The notes beneath the pieces are model-generated. The model saw only the letters and a program-made list of their open reading frames with translations. It was not told the DNA's origin and did not search any database. The translations under genes were made by a program, and so were the position numbers. DNA of 64,000 nucleotides from Nitrososphaeria archaeon (GTDB taxonomy: Archaea > Thermoproteota > Nitrososphaeria > Geothermarchaeales > JDFR-13), in contig JALWXN010000004.1 in the NCBI GenBank assembly GCA_027078545.1, positions 928,001 through 992,000 of the forward strand, read 5' to 3'. This document shows positions 48,071-58,694 of the stretch, piece after piece. Position 1 is the first letter of the stretch. The number at the start of each line of letters is the position of its first letter.

Positions 48071-48666
48071 ACGAAGACCACCCCATCCACCGACCTGACC
48101 ACGACGCCTCTGTATAGGAAGCTTATCTGCCTCAGGGCTAGGTGGTAGTCGAACTCGTTCAGGGCGCTTATACCATCCATTGGTACGTATACCTTGTACC
48201 ACCTGAGGGCGGCGCTCCCAGCCGTGTGGAGTACACAGATATTGGCTACAGTGCCGACAACCACTAGATCCTTGATGCCATAGATCCTTAGGAGGTCGTC
48301 CAGCGGCGTTCCGTAGAAACCGTCGTACCGGGTCTTCCTAACAACGATGTCCCCATCCCTAGGGGCGAGCTCATCAACTATCTCCCAGCCCCAAGTCCCA
48401 TACTTTGCATGGACACCCCAGATCCTATACTCAGGGTCATCCTCATAATGCGTATCCTGGGTGTAGAAGATCCTGACACCGGCCTCCCTAGCCCTCTCCA
48501 AGAGCCTCCTGATAGGCTCGACAGTGGCCTCGGCTGTAGGCACCCTGAGGGCCCCTCCCTCCTTCACGAAGTCGTTCTGCATATCAACGACTATCACGGC
48601 TGTGGATCCCCTATCCAGCTCAACCCGATCCACAACCTCATACTCGGGGACCTCTACACTGACCAT
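48067..48666 (-). CDS. Isochorismatase-family cysteine hydrolase
   Basis: VVDMQNDF, K.RYDGF, GTVANICV. Confidence 0.92.
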   Translation of the reverse strand: MVSVEVPEYEVVDRVELDRGSTAVIVVDMQNDFVKEGGALRVPTAEATVEPIRRLLERAREAGVRIFYTQDTHYEDDPEYRIWGVHAKYGTWGWEIVDELAPRDGDIVVRKTRYDGFYGTPLDDLLRIYGIKDLVVVGTVANICVLHTAGSAALRWYKVYVPMDGISALNEFDYHLALRQISFLYRGVVVRSVDGVVFV

Positions 48667-48751
48667 CCCAGTCACCAGGCTATACAACCACTCAAGGTAT
48701 AGATAAGGAGATGTATAACTCTGAGCAGGTAGGTAGACCCCCGCCTATAAC

Positions 48752-49066
48752 ATGGCTATAGACATCAATATTGGTATGGAGAAGGACAGGAGCATAACTA
48801 GGAGCAGCAGAGGGAGGCTCGAGAGGAGGATACTGGTGGAGAGGGGGCTCTACACGATCGTGAAGTATCTCGACCTGAAGACCGGGGAGGAGGTCAGTGG
48901 TAAGTGGAAGATCTATCTCAAAGGCCCCAGTGGCCTTAGGGGCTACCTAATGATCAGGCTCAAGGATGGAGACAGATACCTAGCCATACCCGACGAGGAT
49001 GTAGACCCGGAGACATATGTCTACAACGAGGCCGAGGATAGGGAGGAGCCCCTATTCCCAGACTGA
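48752..49066 (+). CDS. Hypothetical protein
   Basis: Fills the intergenic gap; host-like codon use; TATA-like TATAAC upstream. Confidence 0.65.
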   Translation: MAIDINIGMEKDRSITRSSRGRLERRILVERGLYTIVKYLDLKTGEEVSGKWKIYLKGPSGLRGYLMIRLKDGDRYLAIPDEDVDPETYVYNEAEDREEPLFPD

Positions 49067-49122
49067 TATACGCGATATAAATCCCACCTGGTGTGAATAT
49101 GGCTTAGACAGAGGGATCCTCA

Positions 49123-50418
49123 ATGACCGACTACAACGAGCTTAGGAAGAAGTATGTCCCACGTGGGGTATACCTAGTAAACAACGTAACCGTTGTCAAG
49201 GGTGAGGGGGCAAAGGTATGGGACGTAAACGGTAGGGAGTATATAGACTTCACAACCGGTATAGCGGTCCTAAACCTTGGGCACAGGCCTAAGGAGGTGG
49301 TCGAGGCTATAAAGGAGCAGGCCGATAAGCTCCTACACCAGTGTATCCACGTAGCCAACTACCCACCATACCTAGAGCTGGCAGAGAAGCTAAGCAAGAA
49401 GTATAAATGGGGGGATGCCAAGACCCTACTCCTCAACAGTGGGGCCGAGGCAGTTGAGAACGCCGTCAAGATAGCCAGGTACTGGACGAGGGCGATGGGG
49501 ATAATAGTCTTCGACTACAGCTTCCACGGAAGGACAAACCTGACCATGACGATGACGAGTAAGCATAGGCCCTACAAGCTCTGGTTCGGGGCATACTCAC
49601 CCGGGATCATAAGGCTCCCATACCCAGACCCATACAGATGCCCCTTCAAAGCTGAGGACCCCGAGAAGTGTGGAGAATATGCTCTGGAGTATCTAGAGAA
49701 GGCCCTGAAGACCCATACCGATAAGGAGGAGACAGCAGCTATAGTCCTAGAGCCAGTGGCTGGAGAGGGTGGATACGTAGTCCCACCCAAAAACTTCGTC
49801 GAGGGGGTTGCTAAGATAGCGAGGGAGAACTGCATCCTATTCGTCAGCGACGAGGTCCAGACAGGCCTTGGAAGGACCGGCGAATTCTGGGGCATAGAAC
49901 ACTTCAATGCCGAGCCAGACCTGATAACAGTGGGTAAGGCCCTAGCATCAGGCCTACCACTCTCCGCGGTGGTGGGTAGGAAGGAGATAATGGACTCTGT
50001 ACACGAAGGCGGACTAGGCGGGACATTCGGCGGGAACCCATTGGCCGCCGCAGCAGCGATCAAGACGATCGAGCTGGTGGAGAAGAGCCTAGACAGAGCT
50101 AAGGAGGTGGGTAGGATGATGGAGAAGAGGATGGAGGAGCTGAAGGATAAGTACGACGTAATAGGGGACCATAGAGGCCTGGGACCCATGAGGGCCTTCG
50201 AGTTCGTCAAAGATAGGGAGAAGAAGACTCCCTACCCAGAACTCGTCAAGGTGCTCATCAAGAAGGGTGTCGAGAAGGGAATCCTACTCCTATCAGCGGG
50301 GATATATGGGAACGTCGTCAGGATAGTCCCACCGATAAACATAAGCGACGAGGATCTCGAGGAGGGCTTCAACAGGTTCGAGGAGGCCCTCAAGGAGGCG
50401 CTTAAGAGTGTCAAGTGA
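49123..50418 (+). CDS. gabT: 4-aminobutyrate aminotransferase-like class III aminotransferase
   Basis: NSGAEAVENAVKIAR, FHGRT, DEVQTG.GRTG, GGLGGTFGGNP. Confidence 0.85.
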   Translation: MTDYNELRKKYVPRGVYLVNNVTVVKGEGAKVWDVNGREYIDFTTGIAVLNLGHRPKEVVEAIKEQADKLLHQCIHVANYPPYLELAEKLSKKYKWGDAKTLLLNSGAEAVENAVKIARYWTRAMGIIVFDYSFHGRTNLTMTMTSKHRPYKLWFGAYSPGIIRLPYPDPYRCPFKAEDPEKCGEYALEYLEKALKTHTDKEETAAIVLEPVAGEGGYVVPPKNFVEGVAKIARENCILFVSDEVQTGLGRTGEFWGIEHFNAEPDLITVGKALASGLPLSAVVGRKEIMDSVHEGGLGGTFGGNPLAAAAAIKTIELVEKSLDRAKEVGRMMEKRMEELKDKYDVIGDHRGLGPMRAFEFVKDREKKTPYPELVKVLIKKGVEKGILLLSAGIYGNVVRIVPPINISDEDLEEGFNRFEEALKEALKSVK

Positions 50419-51022
50419 GAAGCCCCTCTTCATAGTCCTAGAAGGCATAGACGGCTCGGGAAAGACTACCCAGGCCTTCAGGCTCGAGAGGTGGTTCAAG
50501 AAGAGTGGTAGGAAGGCCTACACCACTAGGGAGCCTACCGACGGGATAATAGGCGGCATAATAAGGGCAGCACTAAGCACAAAGCTCAGGATAAGCCCCA
50601 TGACCCTCCAAATACTCTTCGCCGCAGACCGGAGCGAGCATGTAAGGGAGATGGAGGAGAGGATAGCCAATGGATACAACGTGATATGCGATAGATACAT
50701 ACTCTCCAGCGTGGCTTATGGCATGATAGACCTAGACAAGGACTGGCTACTCAGGATGAACAGCCCATTCCCCAGGCCAGACCTAACAATCATACTCGAC
50801 CTCCCAGCAGAGACAGCCCTCAGAAGGGTTGGGAAGAGGTTCTCAAAGACACTATTCGAGAGGAGGAGCCTCCTAGAACAGATCAGGGAGAACTTCCTAG
50901 CCCTACATAGGGAGCTGGGTAAAGAGTATAACACCGTGGTGATCGACGCCTCGAGGAGCCCAGAGGAGATCCACCGAGACATACTGAATGTGCTGGGGGA
51001 TAGGCTCGGACTGGAGACCTAG
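50408..51022 (+). CDS. tmk: Thymidylate kinase
   Basis: EGIDGSGKTT, REP, DRY..SS.AY. Confidence 0.95.
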   Translation: MSSEKPLFIVLEGIDGSGKTTQAFRLERWFKKSGRKAYTTREPTDGIIGGIIRAALSTKLRISPMTLQILFAADRSEHVREMEERIANGYNVICDRYILSSVAYGMIDLDKDWLLRMNSPFPRPDLTIILDLPAETALRRVGKRFSKTLFERRSLLEQIRENFLALHRELGKEYNTVVIDASRSPEEIHRDILNVLGDRLGLET

Positions 51023-51065
51023 AGAGTAGTTACATGAATAAGCATCCGAGGCAATACAGATATTA

Positions 51066-52187
51066 TTGGAGATGGACATAGAGGTATACACCTACCTCGT
51101 AAGGCCAGACACATTCGGGATATGGAACCATAAGGAGGTACGGGAGAGGCTCTCATGGTACTACAGCGTAATGAAGAAGATATATCCACCCAGATACCTG
51201 ATAGCCAGGCACACCCCGGTAGAATATACACGGGACATGGGGCTGATTGAGCTCCTAGAGATACACGCCAAGACTAGGAGGGAGTTTGAGAAGCTCCTGA
51301 GAGACGTGGTCAATGGTGAGAGGCTCGATAGGCTCGAGAAGCCTGTGAAAAGCTTCCTAGACCTGAAGATAGACATAGCCTATAAACTCCTCGAGAACTG
51401 TGGGCTATGCGAGTGGAACTGCCGGGTGAACAGGCTGGCCGGGAGGAGAGGTGTATGTGGACTGGGGAGGGAGGCATACATAGGATCCGCATTCCTACAC
51501 TTCGGCGAGGAGGCCCCACTAGTCCCCAGCGGGACGATATTCTTCACCGGCTGCAGCCTCAAATGCGTCTTCTGCCAGAACTGGGACATAAGCCACCACG
51601 CGGAGGCCGGGGTAGTGGCCGATGCCCATAGGATAGCTGAGGTGGCCACGGAGCTCGCGGACAGCGGGGCTAAGAACATCAACTATGTAGGTGGAAACCC
51701 GGACCAGAGCCTCCACCTAATACTGGAGTCGATGAGGTATCTCGACAGGTGGATACCACAGCTATGGAACAGCAACATGTACATGACAGAAGAGGCGCTG
51801 GAGCTCCTCCTAGACGTTATAGATATATGGCTACCAGACCTGAAGTGGTGGGACGACAGCCACGCCTTCGCCTACAGCAGGATAAAGAGGTATAGAGAGG
51901 TGGTCACGAGGAACATCAAGAGGGTTCACGACCATGGGGCGGACATGATTATACGCCACCTAATAATGCCTAACCACGTGGAGTGCTGCACACTACCCAT
52001 ACTAGACTGGATAGCCGAGAACACACCCAGAGCCCTGGTAAACATCATGGATCAGTATAGGCCTGAGTACAAGGCCGCGAAGGAGGAGAGGTTCAGGGAG
52101 ATAGGGAGGAGGGTGACTAGGGAGGAGGTTAGGAAGGCCATGCGCCACGCATCTAGACTAGGGATAGTCTACGAACCAATATCCTAG
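51066..52187 (+). CDS. Radical SAM protein, PflX-like
   Basis: C..C...C.VNR, HFGEE, GCSLKCVFCQN, RHLIMPNH. Confidence 0.9.
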   Translation: MEMDIEVYTYLVRPDTFGIWNHKEVRERLSWYYSVMKKIYPPRYLIARHTPVEYTRDMGLIELLEIHAKTRREFEKLLRDVVNGERLDRLEKPVKSFLDLKIDIAYKLLENCGLCEWNCRVNRLAGRRGVCGLGREAYIGSAFLHFGEEAPLVPSGTIFFTGCSLKCVFCQNWDISHHAEAGVVADAHRIAEVATELADSGAKNINYVGGNPDQSLHLILESMRYLDRWIPQLWNSNMYMTEEALELLLDVIDIWLPDLKWWDDSHAFAYSRIKRYREVVTRNIKRVHDHGADMIIRHLIMPNHVECCTLPILDWIAENTPRALVNIMDQYRPEYKAAKEERFREIGRRVTREEVRKAMRHASRLGIVYEPIS

Positions 52188-52642
52188 GCCTCCACAACCT
52201 CATCGACACTACTTAGCTTGGAGTAGAGCTTGATACGGTTGAAGCTACCCGAGACCCTGAGCCTACCCACCCTATGTATCTTCACAACACGTTCGATAGC
52301 CTCATCATCAAGATCCAGGAGCTCGAGCTCCTTGATATAAGCGAATATCACGGGCCTCTCGAGACTCTTCAGCTCACCACCCCTGATGCTCAGCCTATCC
52401 AGCCCCTTAACAATGTAGGACCGTGAGACTAGGCTGCTCAGCCTATCACTAGCCTCATCGGTAAACCTGATGAAGAGCTCAAGCGCCTCGTTAACCACCT
52501 CACCAACGGTCTTATCCAGCTCCCTAGCTATGGTGGACACCTTCTTATAGAGATCCCTATCCACACCCCTGATGGAGACGACCCCCTTATCCCTACGTTC
52601 CTCACGAGCATCATCCCTATTCTCCTCAGCCATCAAGCCCAC
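52184..52642 (-). CDS. Ribbon-helix-helix domain protein
   Basis: VVSIRGVDRDLYKKV..IA...DKTVGEVVNEAL, followed by a beta-repeat C-terminal domain. Confidence 0.7.
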   Translation of the reverse strand: MGLMAEENRDDAREERRDKGVVSIRGVDRDLYKKVSTIARELDKTVGEVVNEALELFIRFTDEASDRLSSLVSRSYIVKGLDRLSIRGGELKSLERPVIFAYIKELELLDLDDEAIERVVKIHRVGRLRVSGSFNRIKLYSKLSSVDEVVEA

Positions 52643-52664
52643 CCATTAAATAGTAGGTGTATGC

Positions 52665-52710
52665 ATGGTTATAAATGTATTACGTGTAGGGATGGTTATA
52701 CTTGTCATAC
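52665..52710. repeat. Imperfect 19-bp direct repeat (15/19 identical, 27-bp period) upstream of the RHH gene
   Basis: ATGGTTATAAATGTATTAC and ATGGTTATACTTGTCATAC. Confidence 0.6.
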
Positions 52711-52717
52711 AAATATC

Positions 52718-53428
52718 TCAACGCCTCTCCAGGGCCTCCCTAAACTTCTTATTCGTTATGGATAGCTCTCTCACGGCCGAGGCAATGTCCTCTCCAGGCC
52801 TGAGGACATATTCGAGGAAGACGCCGGTTCTCCCATAGACCATCCTCTTGGAGAGGATGTATACCCGCTCGTTTACTATAGCCTCTGGTATCCCAAGCTC
52901 CCTGGCTGCGTATCCCGTCCTACCCAGGATGCACTCCTCCCTATGCCCATGCTCCAGGGGCTTGATAAGCATAAGCCTCTTATCGACACCCTTAACCCTC
53001 AACCCCTTCCTCAGGCCTTCAGAGTCAAGCATCCCCCCGAACCTATAGAAGTATAGCTCGTTACTTGTGAGCTCCCTGAGGGGGTAGCTCAGCACACGGG
53101 TCTCCTTCTCATCGAAGATGTAGTATACCTTTGGGGTTGAGGAGGGGGTTGCCTGGACAATCATCTTCTTAAGGACTTCATATCCACCGGACATTAGGAT
53201 GGTGTCGAGGATGGCTGGGCTGACATACTTAGGTATGACTATGTCTATATCGCTCCACTCATCCACGTCTCCCCGGGCGACGCTCCCATGTACATATGTC
53301 CTGATCCCCTTCGACTCGAGGAGGGTCATCAGGCCCAGGGCCCACTCCCTAAGCCTCCTAAGAAGCTCGAACCTCTCCTTTGGATACGTGACCTCCCTCT
53401 CCTCACCCTGGCGGCATATCCTCATCAA
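52718..53428 (-). CDS. Archaeal Pol-beta superfamily nucleotidyltransferase
   Basis: HGSVARGDV...SDIDI; GVDKRL and GRTGVF C-terminal motifs. Confidence 0.85.
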   Translation of the reverse strand: MMRICRQGEEREVTYPKERFELLRRLREWALGLMTLLESKGIRTYVHGSVARGDVDEWSDIDIVIPKYVSPAILDTILMSGGYEVLKKMIVQATPSSTPKVYYIFDEKETRVLSYPLRELTSNELYFYRFGGMLDSEGLRKGLRVKGVDKRLMLIKPLEHGHREECILGRTGYAARELGIPEAIVNERVYILSKRMVYGRTGVFLEYVLRPGEDIASAVRELSITNKKFREALERR

Positions 53429-53479
53429 AAAATATTTAGGTTTCTGGCCAGATTAATCCGAGCAGGAGAAAAAAGGGAT

Positions 53480-54595
53480 TTAGATGGAGATTATCCCGCG
53501 CCAGTCTACGTCGAATACCTCGGCCACGCCGCTATACTCTACGTAGGCCCTCAGGAGTAGATCCACGATCTCATCGTCTGAGAGCCCCATCTTACGTAGG
53601 TAGAACATCCTATACTCGTCGAGCCTACTGACCGATGTTGAGTGGCTAGCACCGGCGACTATGCCCGTGTCGACCTCTAGCATAGGTATTGAGTGGGCAG
53701 TCCCATGCTCACCGAAGATTGTTAGGTAGCTCTTGACCGCCGTCTCAGCCTCGTGGGACTTGTTAAGTATCCTGGCAGCCCCTCTATGGACCAGGTAGCC
53801 CTGCTCGAGCACCCCACCCCTCACCGATAGGACGCTCTTACTATAGTCTCCATGGTGGGTCACATTGGTTATGACGTCTGTCTTCGTATCGGTCCTGGCT
53901 ATTAGGCTACCATAGGTGTAGCCCTCGCTCTCCCTGCCTACTGGATGCATATGGCTCCTGACATGGGTCATGTACCCGCCGAAGCCGAGAAATCTGAAGT
54001 CTATCCTTGACGACTCTCCAGCCCTCATCGTATACTCGACATATACCGGGGCCTCCCTCTGGTGGAGGAAGAAGTAGTTTATCTCTAGCTTAGCGCCATC
54101 ATCGACGTCGACCTCTACGAAGAGGGTCTTCAAGCCCCTATCGAGCGCCAGGTCGACCAGGTTAAGCCTATTCTCACCCTCCGTAACCTTTACGACGAGG
54201 TGGTTCGGCAGGTATCCCTTGGGTGATGGGGATACCGCTGTGACCTCGCCGCCACCAAGGGTTAGGACGGCTACATACTTGTTGAGGAGCCTATGGTATG
54301 CCTCCATCTTGTTAAGCTGAGCCGTATCCTTCCTATACAGCTCCGAGACGTCCTCGAAGCCCTCGCGGAGAACCTCTACCGAGTCGTACTCCCCCTCCAC
54401 ACCGTCAAGCGTAAAAAGGAGGTTAGGGGTGAAGCTCGCGAACCGGAGGTCATGCCTCAGCTCCTCGGCGTAGCCTATACCGAGGAGCTCCTCGAAACGC
54501 CTCCAGTCGGTGTAGTACTTGACGGTGGGGCTATCCCTCACCTTCTGGAATGGTATATCGCTGAGCTGCTTCAGCACCTGCTCCGTCGAGGTCAT
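53480..54595 (-). CDS. sufD: Fe-S assembly protein SufD
   Basis: SufB paralog; PMLEVDT...ASHS, FYLRKMGL. Confidence 0.88.
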   Translation of the reverse strand: MTSTEQVLKQLSDIPFQKVRDSPTVKYYTDWRRFEELLGIGYAEELRHDLRFASFTPNLLFTLDGVEGEYDSVEVLREGFEDVSELYRKDTAQLNKMEAYHRLLNKYVAVLTLGGGEVTAVSPSPKGYLPNHLVVKVTEGENRLNLVDLALDRGLKTLFVEVDVDDGAKLEINYFFLHQREAPVYVEYTMRAGESSRIDFRFLGFGGYMTHVRSHMHPVGRESEGYTYGSLIARTDTKTDVITNVTHHGDYSKSVLSVRGGVLEQGYLVHRGAARILNKSHEAETAVKSYLTIFGEHGTAHSIPMLEVDTGIVAGASHSTSVSRLDEYRMFYLRKMGLSDDEIVDLLLRAYVEYSGVAEVFDVDWRGIISI

Positions 54596-56013
54596 CCTAC
54601 GCCACCCAGCTTCTCAAACTCTATCTCCAGGACCTTCTTCAGCACGTGGGCTACCTCGAATGGCACCTCGATGAAGAGCTCGTCCAGGAAGCCCATTATG
54701 AGGAGGTTCTTAGCATCGTCCTCGTCCAGCCCCCTGCTCAGCAGGTAGAAGATCTGGTCCTCCGTCAGCCTCATCGTGGTTGCCTCGTGGGACACTGAGG
54801 CGGTCGGCTCCTCTATCTGGTTGTGTGGATAGGTATAGGCATAGCTCTTGTCGTCGAGGATCAGGCTCTCACACTCCACGTTAGAGACGGCGTTCCTAGC
54901 TCCATAGGGTATCCTGATGACGCCCCTATAGACGTTGATCCCTCCATCCACGCTGATGCTCTTGTTCACGATCCTGCTCTTGGTGTTGGGCGCCACGTGG
55001 AACATCTTGCTACCACTATCCTTGAGGTATGGGCCCTTGGCCAGTGTGAAGACCACGCTCCTACTGCTGCTTCCCTTGCCCCTGAGGACTGTCGATGGAT
55101 ACACATAGGTGAGCATGCTACCGATGCTCCCCTCGACCCAGTCCACCCTGGCATTCTCCTCGGCAATAGCCCTCTTATTGTTGAAGTTGATGACGTGCTT
55201 ACTCCAGTTCTGGAAGGTCGTGAACCTTATGTGGGCACCCCTATGGGCATATAGCTCGACCATACCGTCGTGGAAGCTGAAGCCCTTATACATAGGCGCT
55301 GTACAGCCCTCGATGAAGTAGATGTAACTATTCTCATCAGCAATCAGGAGTGTATGCTCGAACTGGCTCTCGAAGGCCCTCCCTATCAGGAAGAAGGCCT
55401 CGATAGGCGCCTCGACCCTGACGCCCTTGGGCACATATACGAATACTCCACCGCTCCAGAGGGCTCCGTGGAGGGCGGCGAACTTATGGTCACTCGGTGG
55501 GAAGATCCTTAGGAAGTATCTCTTCACTATGTCTGGATACTTCTGTACAGCCTCCTCCATAGGTATCATTATCACTCCCTTGTCCTCCAGGCTCTTCTTC
55601 ATCTTATGGTATATCGTCTCGCTCTCATACTGTGCGGAGAGGCCGTGTAGCACCTTGGCCTCCAGCTCGGGAATGCCGATCTTCTCGTAGTACTCCCTAA
55701 CCTCCTTCGGGATATCGTCCCAGCTGCTGCTCAGCTCTATATCCGGCTTTACGTAGTGGGCCATCGTGTCGAGGTCGAGCATCTCGATGCCCTGTAGCCA
55801 GTTGGGCATCGGGAGCTTGTAGAAGAGCTCTAGACTCTTCAGCCTCAGCCTAGTCATCCACTCAGGCTCCTTCTTAACCTTGGATATCTCCCTGATAAGG
55901 CTCTCCGTGATCCTGCCCTTCAGCTCCACCTCGGCTGGATAGTCCTTGGCGAAGCCAAGCAGCTCCTCCGGCTCGCGATACCTCACAAGCTCCTCAGGCT
56001 TCTCGATAGACAT
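54592..56013 (-). CDS. sufB: Fe-S assembly protein SufB
   Basis: QFEHTL, IEGCTAP, SHEAT, FYLLSRG. Confidence 0.95.
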   Translation of the reverse strand: MSIEKPEELVRYREPEELLGFAKDYPAEVELKGRITESLIREISKVKKEPEWMTRLRLKSLELFYKLPMPNWLQGIEMLDLDTMAHYVKPDIELSSSWDDIPKEVREYYEKIGIPELEAKVLHGLSAQYESETIYHKMKKSLEDKGVIMIPMEEAVQKYPDIVKRYFLRIFPPSDHKFAALHGALWSGGVFVYVPKGVRVEAPIEAFFLIGRAFESQFEHTLLIADENSYIYFIEGCTAPMYKGFSFHDGMVELYAHRGAHIRFTTFQNWSKHVINFNNKRAIAEENARVDWVEGSIGSMLTYVYPSTVLRGKGSSSRSVVFTLAKGPYLKDSGSKMFHVAPNTKSRIVNKSISVDGGINVYRGVIRIPYGARNAVSNVECESLILDDKSYAYTYPHNQIEEPTASVSHEATTMRLTEDQIFYLLSRGLDEDDAKNLLIMGFLDELFIEVPFEVAHVLKKVLEIEFEKLGGVG

Positions 56014-56019
56014 TCGACA

Positions 56020-56763
56020 TCACCTCGTAACAACCTTATCATAACCATGGGTCTCGACGAACTCGGCCACCTCGAGACCCCCGGTCATCACGATCTTCCC
56101 ATCTATCAGGACATTCACCTCATCAGGGGTTATGAAGTGGAGGAGCCTCGGGTTATGGGTGATGAGCAATACCCCCTTACCATTCTTCCTCATATCGTCT
56201 ATCACACGTGCAACCATCTTCACACCATCCACATCCAGGCCGGAGTCGGGCTCGTCCAGGATGACTATCTTCGGGTCATAGGCAAGTGCCTGGAAGAGCT
56301 CGAACCTCTTCTTCTCACCGCCGGAGAAGCCTACGTTGACCTCCCTCCCCATATAGGAGCTGTCCAGACCTACTAGCTCGAGCTTAGGCCTCACCTCACG
56401 TAGAATCTTGATATCCGCGAACTTGTCGTCCATAGGTATCCCACGCCTCTTCTTGATCACCGCCGGTACGAGTAGGGAGCCCTTGACGCCGGGGAGGGGT
56501 GGCGGCTCCTGGACACTTAGGAAGATCCCGAGCCTACTCCTCTCATCCGGCCCCAGCTCAAGTATAGACTCTCCGTTGAAGAGTATGTCTCCCTTGGTGA
56601 CCTCGTAGCCCTCACGCCCCATTATGGCATAGGCCAGTGTAGACTTACCACCAGCGTTGGGGCCCATGACGACGACCAGCTTACCAGGCTCTACCTTGAG
56701 GTTAACCCCCTTCAGTATCTCCTTCTCCTCCACAGTGACGTGGAGATCCTTGACCTCCAACAT
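56020..56763 (-). CDS. sufC: Fe-S assembly ATPase SufC
   Basis: GPNAGGKST, VNVGFSGGEKKR, LDEPDSGLD. Confidence 0.95.
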   Translation of the reverse strand: MLEVKDLHVTVEEKEILKGVNLKVEPGKLVVVMGPNAGGKSTLAYAIMGREGYEVTKGDILFNGESILELGPDERSRLGIFLSVQEPPPLPGVKGSLLVPAVIKKRRGIPMDDKFADIKILREVRPKLELVGLDSSYMGREVNVGFSGGEKKRFELFQALAYDPKIVILDEPDSGLDVDGVKMVARVIDDMRKNGKGVLLITHNPRLLHFITPDEVNVLIDGKIVMTGGLEVAEFVETHGYDKVVTR

Positions 56764-56839
56764 CCCTTATAACACCGTTATAGAAGACGGGTTTTAACAT
56801 ATATAAAATCATGCATATTCAGGAGGGGCCTCGGTATAT

Positions 56840-58321
56840 TCAGTTATGACTCTTCCCAGTCCCGCTCCCCACGCGTCGCTCCATCAGTTTATAGGCTCTA
56901 TACCCCCCTAGGAGGTAGTATGCCTCGACACCCTTCTCCCTCAGCTTCTCCACAAGCTCGATACTCTCCAGCCCGACTGGGCATACCAGGACTACAGGCC
57001 GGCCCTCCTCCTTGAACTCCCTCCACCTATTCAGAACCTCCTCAGGCTTCATGTTTATCGATCCCGGTATGTGGCCCAGCATGTAGCTGAAGCTCCCCCT
57101 GATATCTATGACTATGGCGTCTCTAGGTATCTCCCCTGGCTCCACTCCATACTCATCCGGGATATCCAGGTTGACGTTGTAGAGATCCCTTAGACTATAC
57201 TTCATAGCGTTGGAGACCGCCTCCTCAATAAGCTCCATAGGTATCTTCGCCTCCTCCTCAGCAGCCACCTCAGGATCCGCCCACGTCACAGGGGCCTCCT
57301 CCACTAGGGCGCAGACCTCCTCCACAACCCTGCTCACGTCGTAGAGCCCTATCCTACGGGATAGCCTAATCACCTCCTCCTTATCCATCCCCACAAGGGG
57401 CCTGAGGACTGTGGAGCCTATAGCCATATCAGTGACGACGAGGTTCCTCAGTGTCTGGCTACTGACCTGTCCGACCGACTCCCCAGTCACCAGGGCCTCG
57501 CCACCGATCATCTCGAGGAGCTTCTCAGCCGCCCTGTACATCAACCTCTTCAGTATGACTATCCTATAGTCCTGCCTAACCCTCCTCCTAATCTCCCTAG
57601 CCACATCCCTGAAGTCGACCCTATAGAGAACAGGTTTATAGCCATAGGCCCAGTCCCTAGCCAGCTGAATAGCAACCCTCAACACCTTGTTGAAATGCCT
57701 CTCCCCACCCAGCTGGAAATGGACCATATGCATCTCTATCCCACGCCTCATGGCTAGCCATGTAGCGACGGGGCTGTCAAAGCCTCCTGAGAAGAGGGAT
57801 AGTGCTGAGCCCCCCGTCCCAATGGGTAGGCCGCCCGGGCCTTCACGCTCCTCGAGGTAGTAGTATACCTTGTCACCCCTGATCTCCAGCCTTACCCATA
57901 TATCGGGGTTCTCCAGATCCACCTTCTCAGCATATTTCAGTAGGGCCTCTCCAAGAGCCCTATTCACATCTATACTCCTGAAGCTGTGTCTACCAACCCT
58001 CCTAGCCCTGACACCGAAGCTCCTACCCCTGACCAGCTCCCCATATATCTCCACACCCTTCTCGACAATATCGTCGAGCGACTTGAACCTGTGGCTAACC
58101 ACCCTCACCACTCCGACTACCCCAAAGACACGTGTGAGGACATCCATGGCGTCCCCATCAACCTCTACATATATCCTCCCAGGGCTGGCCGTGACCTCAT
58201 ACCTCTCGAACCCGTTGGACTCGAGGGCATCCCTAATGTTCTCCACAAGCCTAGACTCGAACCTCTCCCTACTCCTACCCGTCTTAAGTGTCAGCTCACC
58301 CAGCCTGAGGAGGTATTCCAT
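56840..58321 (-). CDS. thiI: tRNA 4-thiouridine synthase with C-terminal rhodanese domain
   Basis: GELTLK, THUMP domain, PP-loop SGGFDS, GESVGQVSSQT, then IDIR...GHIPGS...VCPVG...LLGGY rhodanese. Confidence 0.95.
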   Translation of the reverse strand: MEYLLRLGELTLKTGRSRERFESRLVENIRDALESNGFERYEVTASPGRIYVEVDGDAMDVLTRVFGVVGVVRVVSHRFKSLDDIVEKGVEIYGELVRGRSFGVRARRVGRHSFRSIDVNRALGEALLKYAEKVDLENPDIWVRLEIRGDKVYYYLEEREGPGGLPIGTGGSALSLFSGGFDSPVATWLAMRRGIEMHMVHFQLGGERHFNKVLRVAIQLARDWAYGYKPVLYRVDFRDVAREIRRRVRQDYRIVILKRLMYRAAEKLLEMIGGEALVTGESVGQVSSQTLRNLVVTDMAIGSTVLRPLVGMDKEEVIRLSRRIGLYDVSRVVEEVCALVEEAPVTWADPEVAAEEEAKIPMELIEEAVSNAMKYSLRDLYNVNLDIPDEYGVEPGEIPRDAIVIDIRGSFSYMLGHIPGSINMKPEEVLNRWREFKEEGRPVVLVCPVGLESIELVEKLREKGVEAYYLLGGYRAYKLMERRVGSGTGKSHN

Positions 58322-58370
58322 CTCCCGACTCCCAAGACCTTTAAACACCCCATAACCTATTTATCTAGGG

Positions 58371-58694
58371 ATGCCCAGGTACGTACTCGTCTACACCAAG
58401 AAGTCGAGGAAGCCTGAGGTTGGGGAGGTGGTAACCTACGACCCCGAGGGCGTCATAGGCATCTTCCATAGGAAGGCCCCGTTGACCCCTAAGCTGAGGG
58501 AGGGGATGCTCGTCATAGCGAAGATACTCAGCCCCAAGAGTAGGGGGAGGAACTTCTACATCCTCTGGCCAGTCAAGATAGTGGATGAGGAGGGCATCCC
58601 ACCAGAGTATGACAGGGATATAAAGGTGTGGGGTAGGCCGGCCTACAAGGCCCTAAGAGCCCTCAAGAGGAGAAGAGCTCAGACAAGACGTTAA
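58371..58694 (+). CDS. Hypothetical basic protein, possible OB/TRAM-like fold
   Basis: Host-like codon use; divergent from thiI. Confidence 0.6.
   Translation: MPRYVLVYTKKSRKPEVGEVVTYDPEGVIGIFHRKAPLTPKLREGMLVIAKILSPKSRGRNFYILWPVKIVDEEGIPPEYDRDIKVWGRPAYKALRALKRRRAQTRR

Noticed and set aside
52718-53428. MNT-HEPN toxin-antitoxin module
   Set aside because: The protein is much longer than a minimal nucleotidyltransferase and there is no adjacent HEPN gene.
53370-53430. C/D-like boxes TTGATGA...CAGG GTGAGGA on the minus strand
   Set aside because: They coincide with the nucleotidyltransferase start codons and no D box follows.
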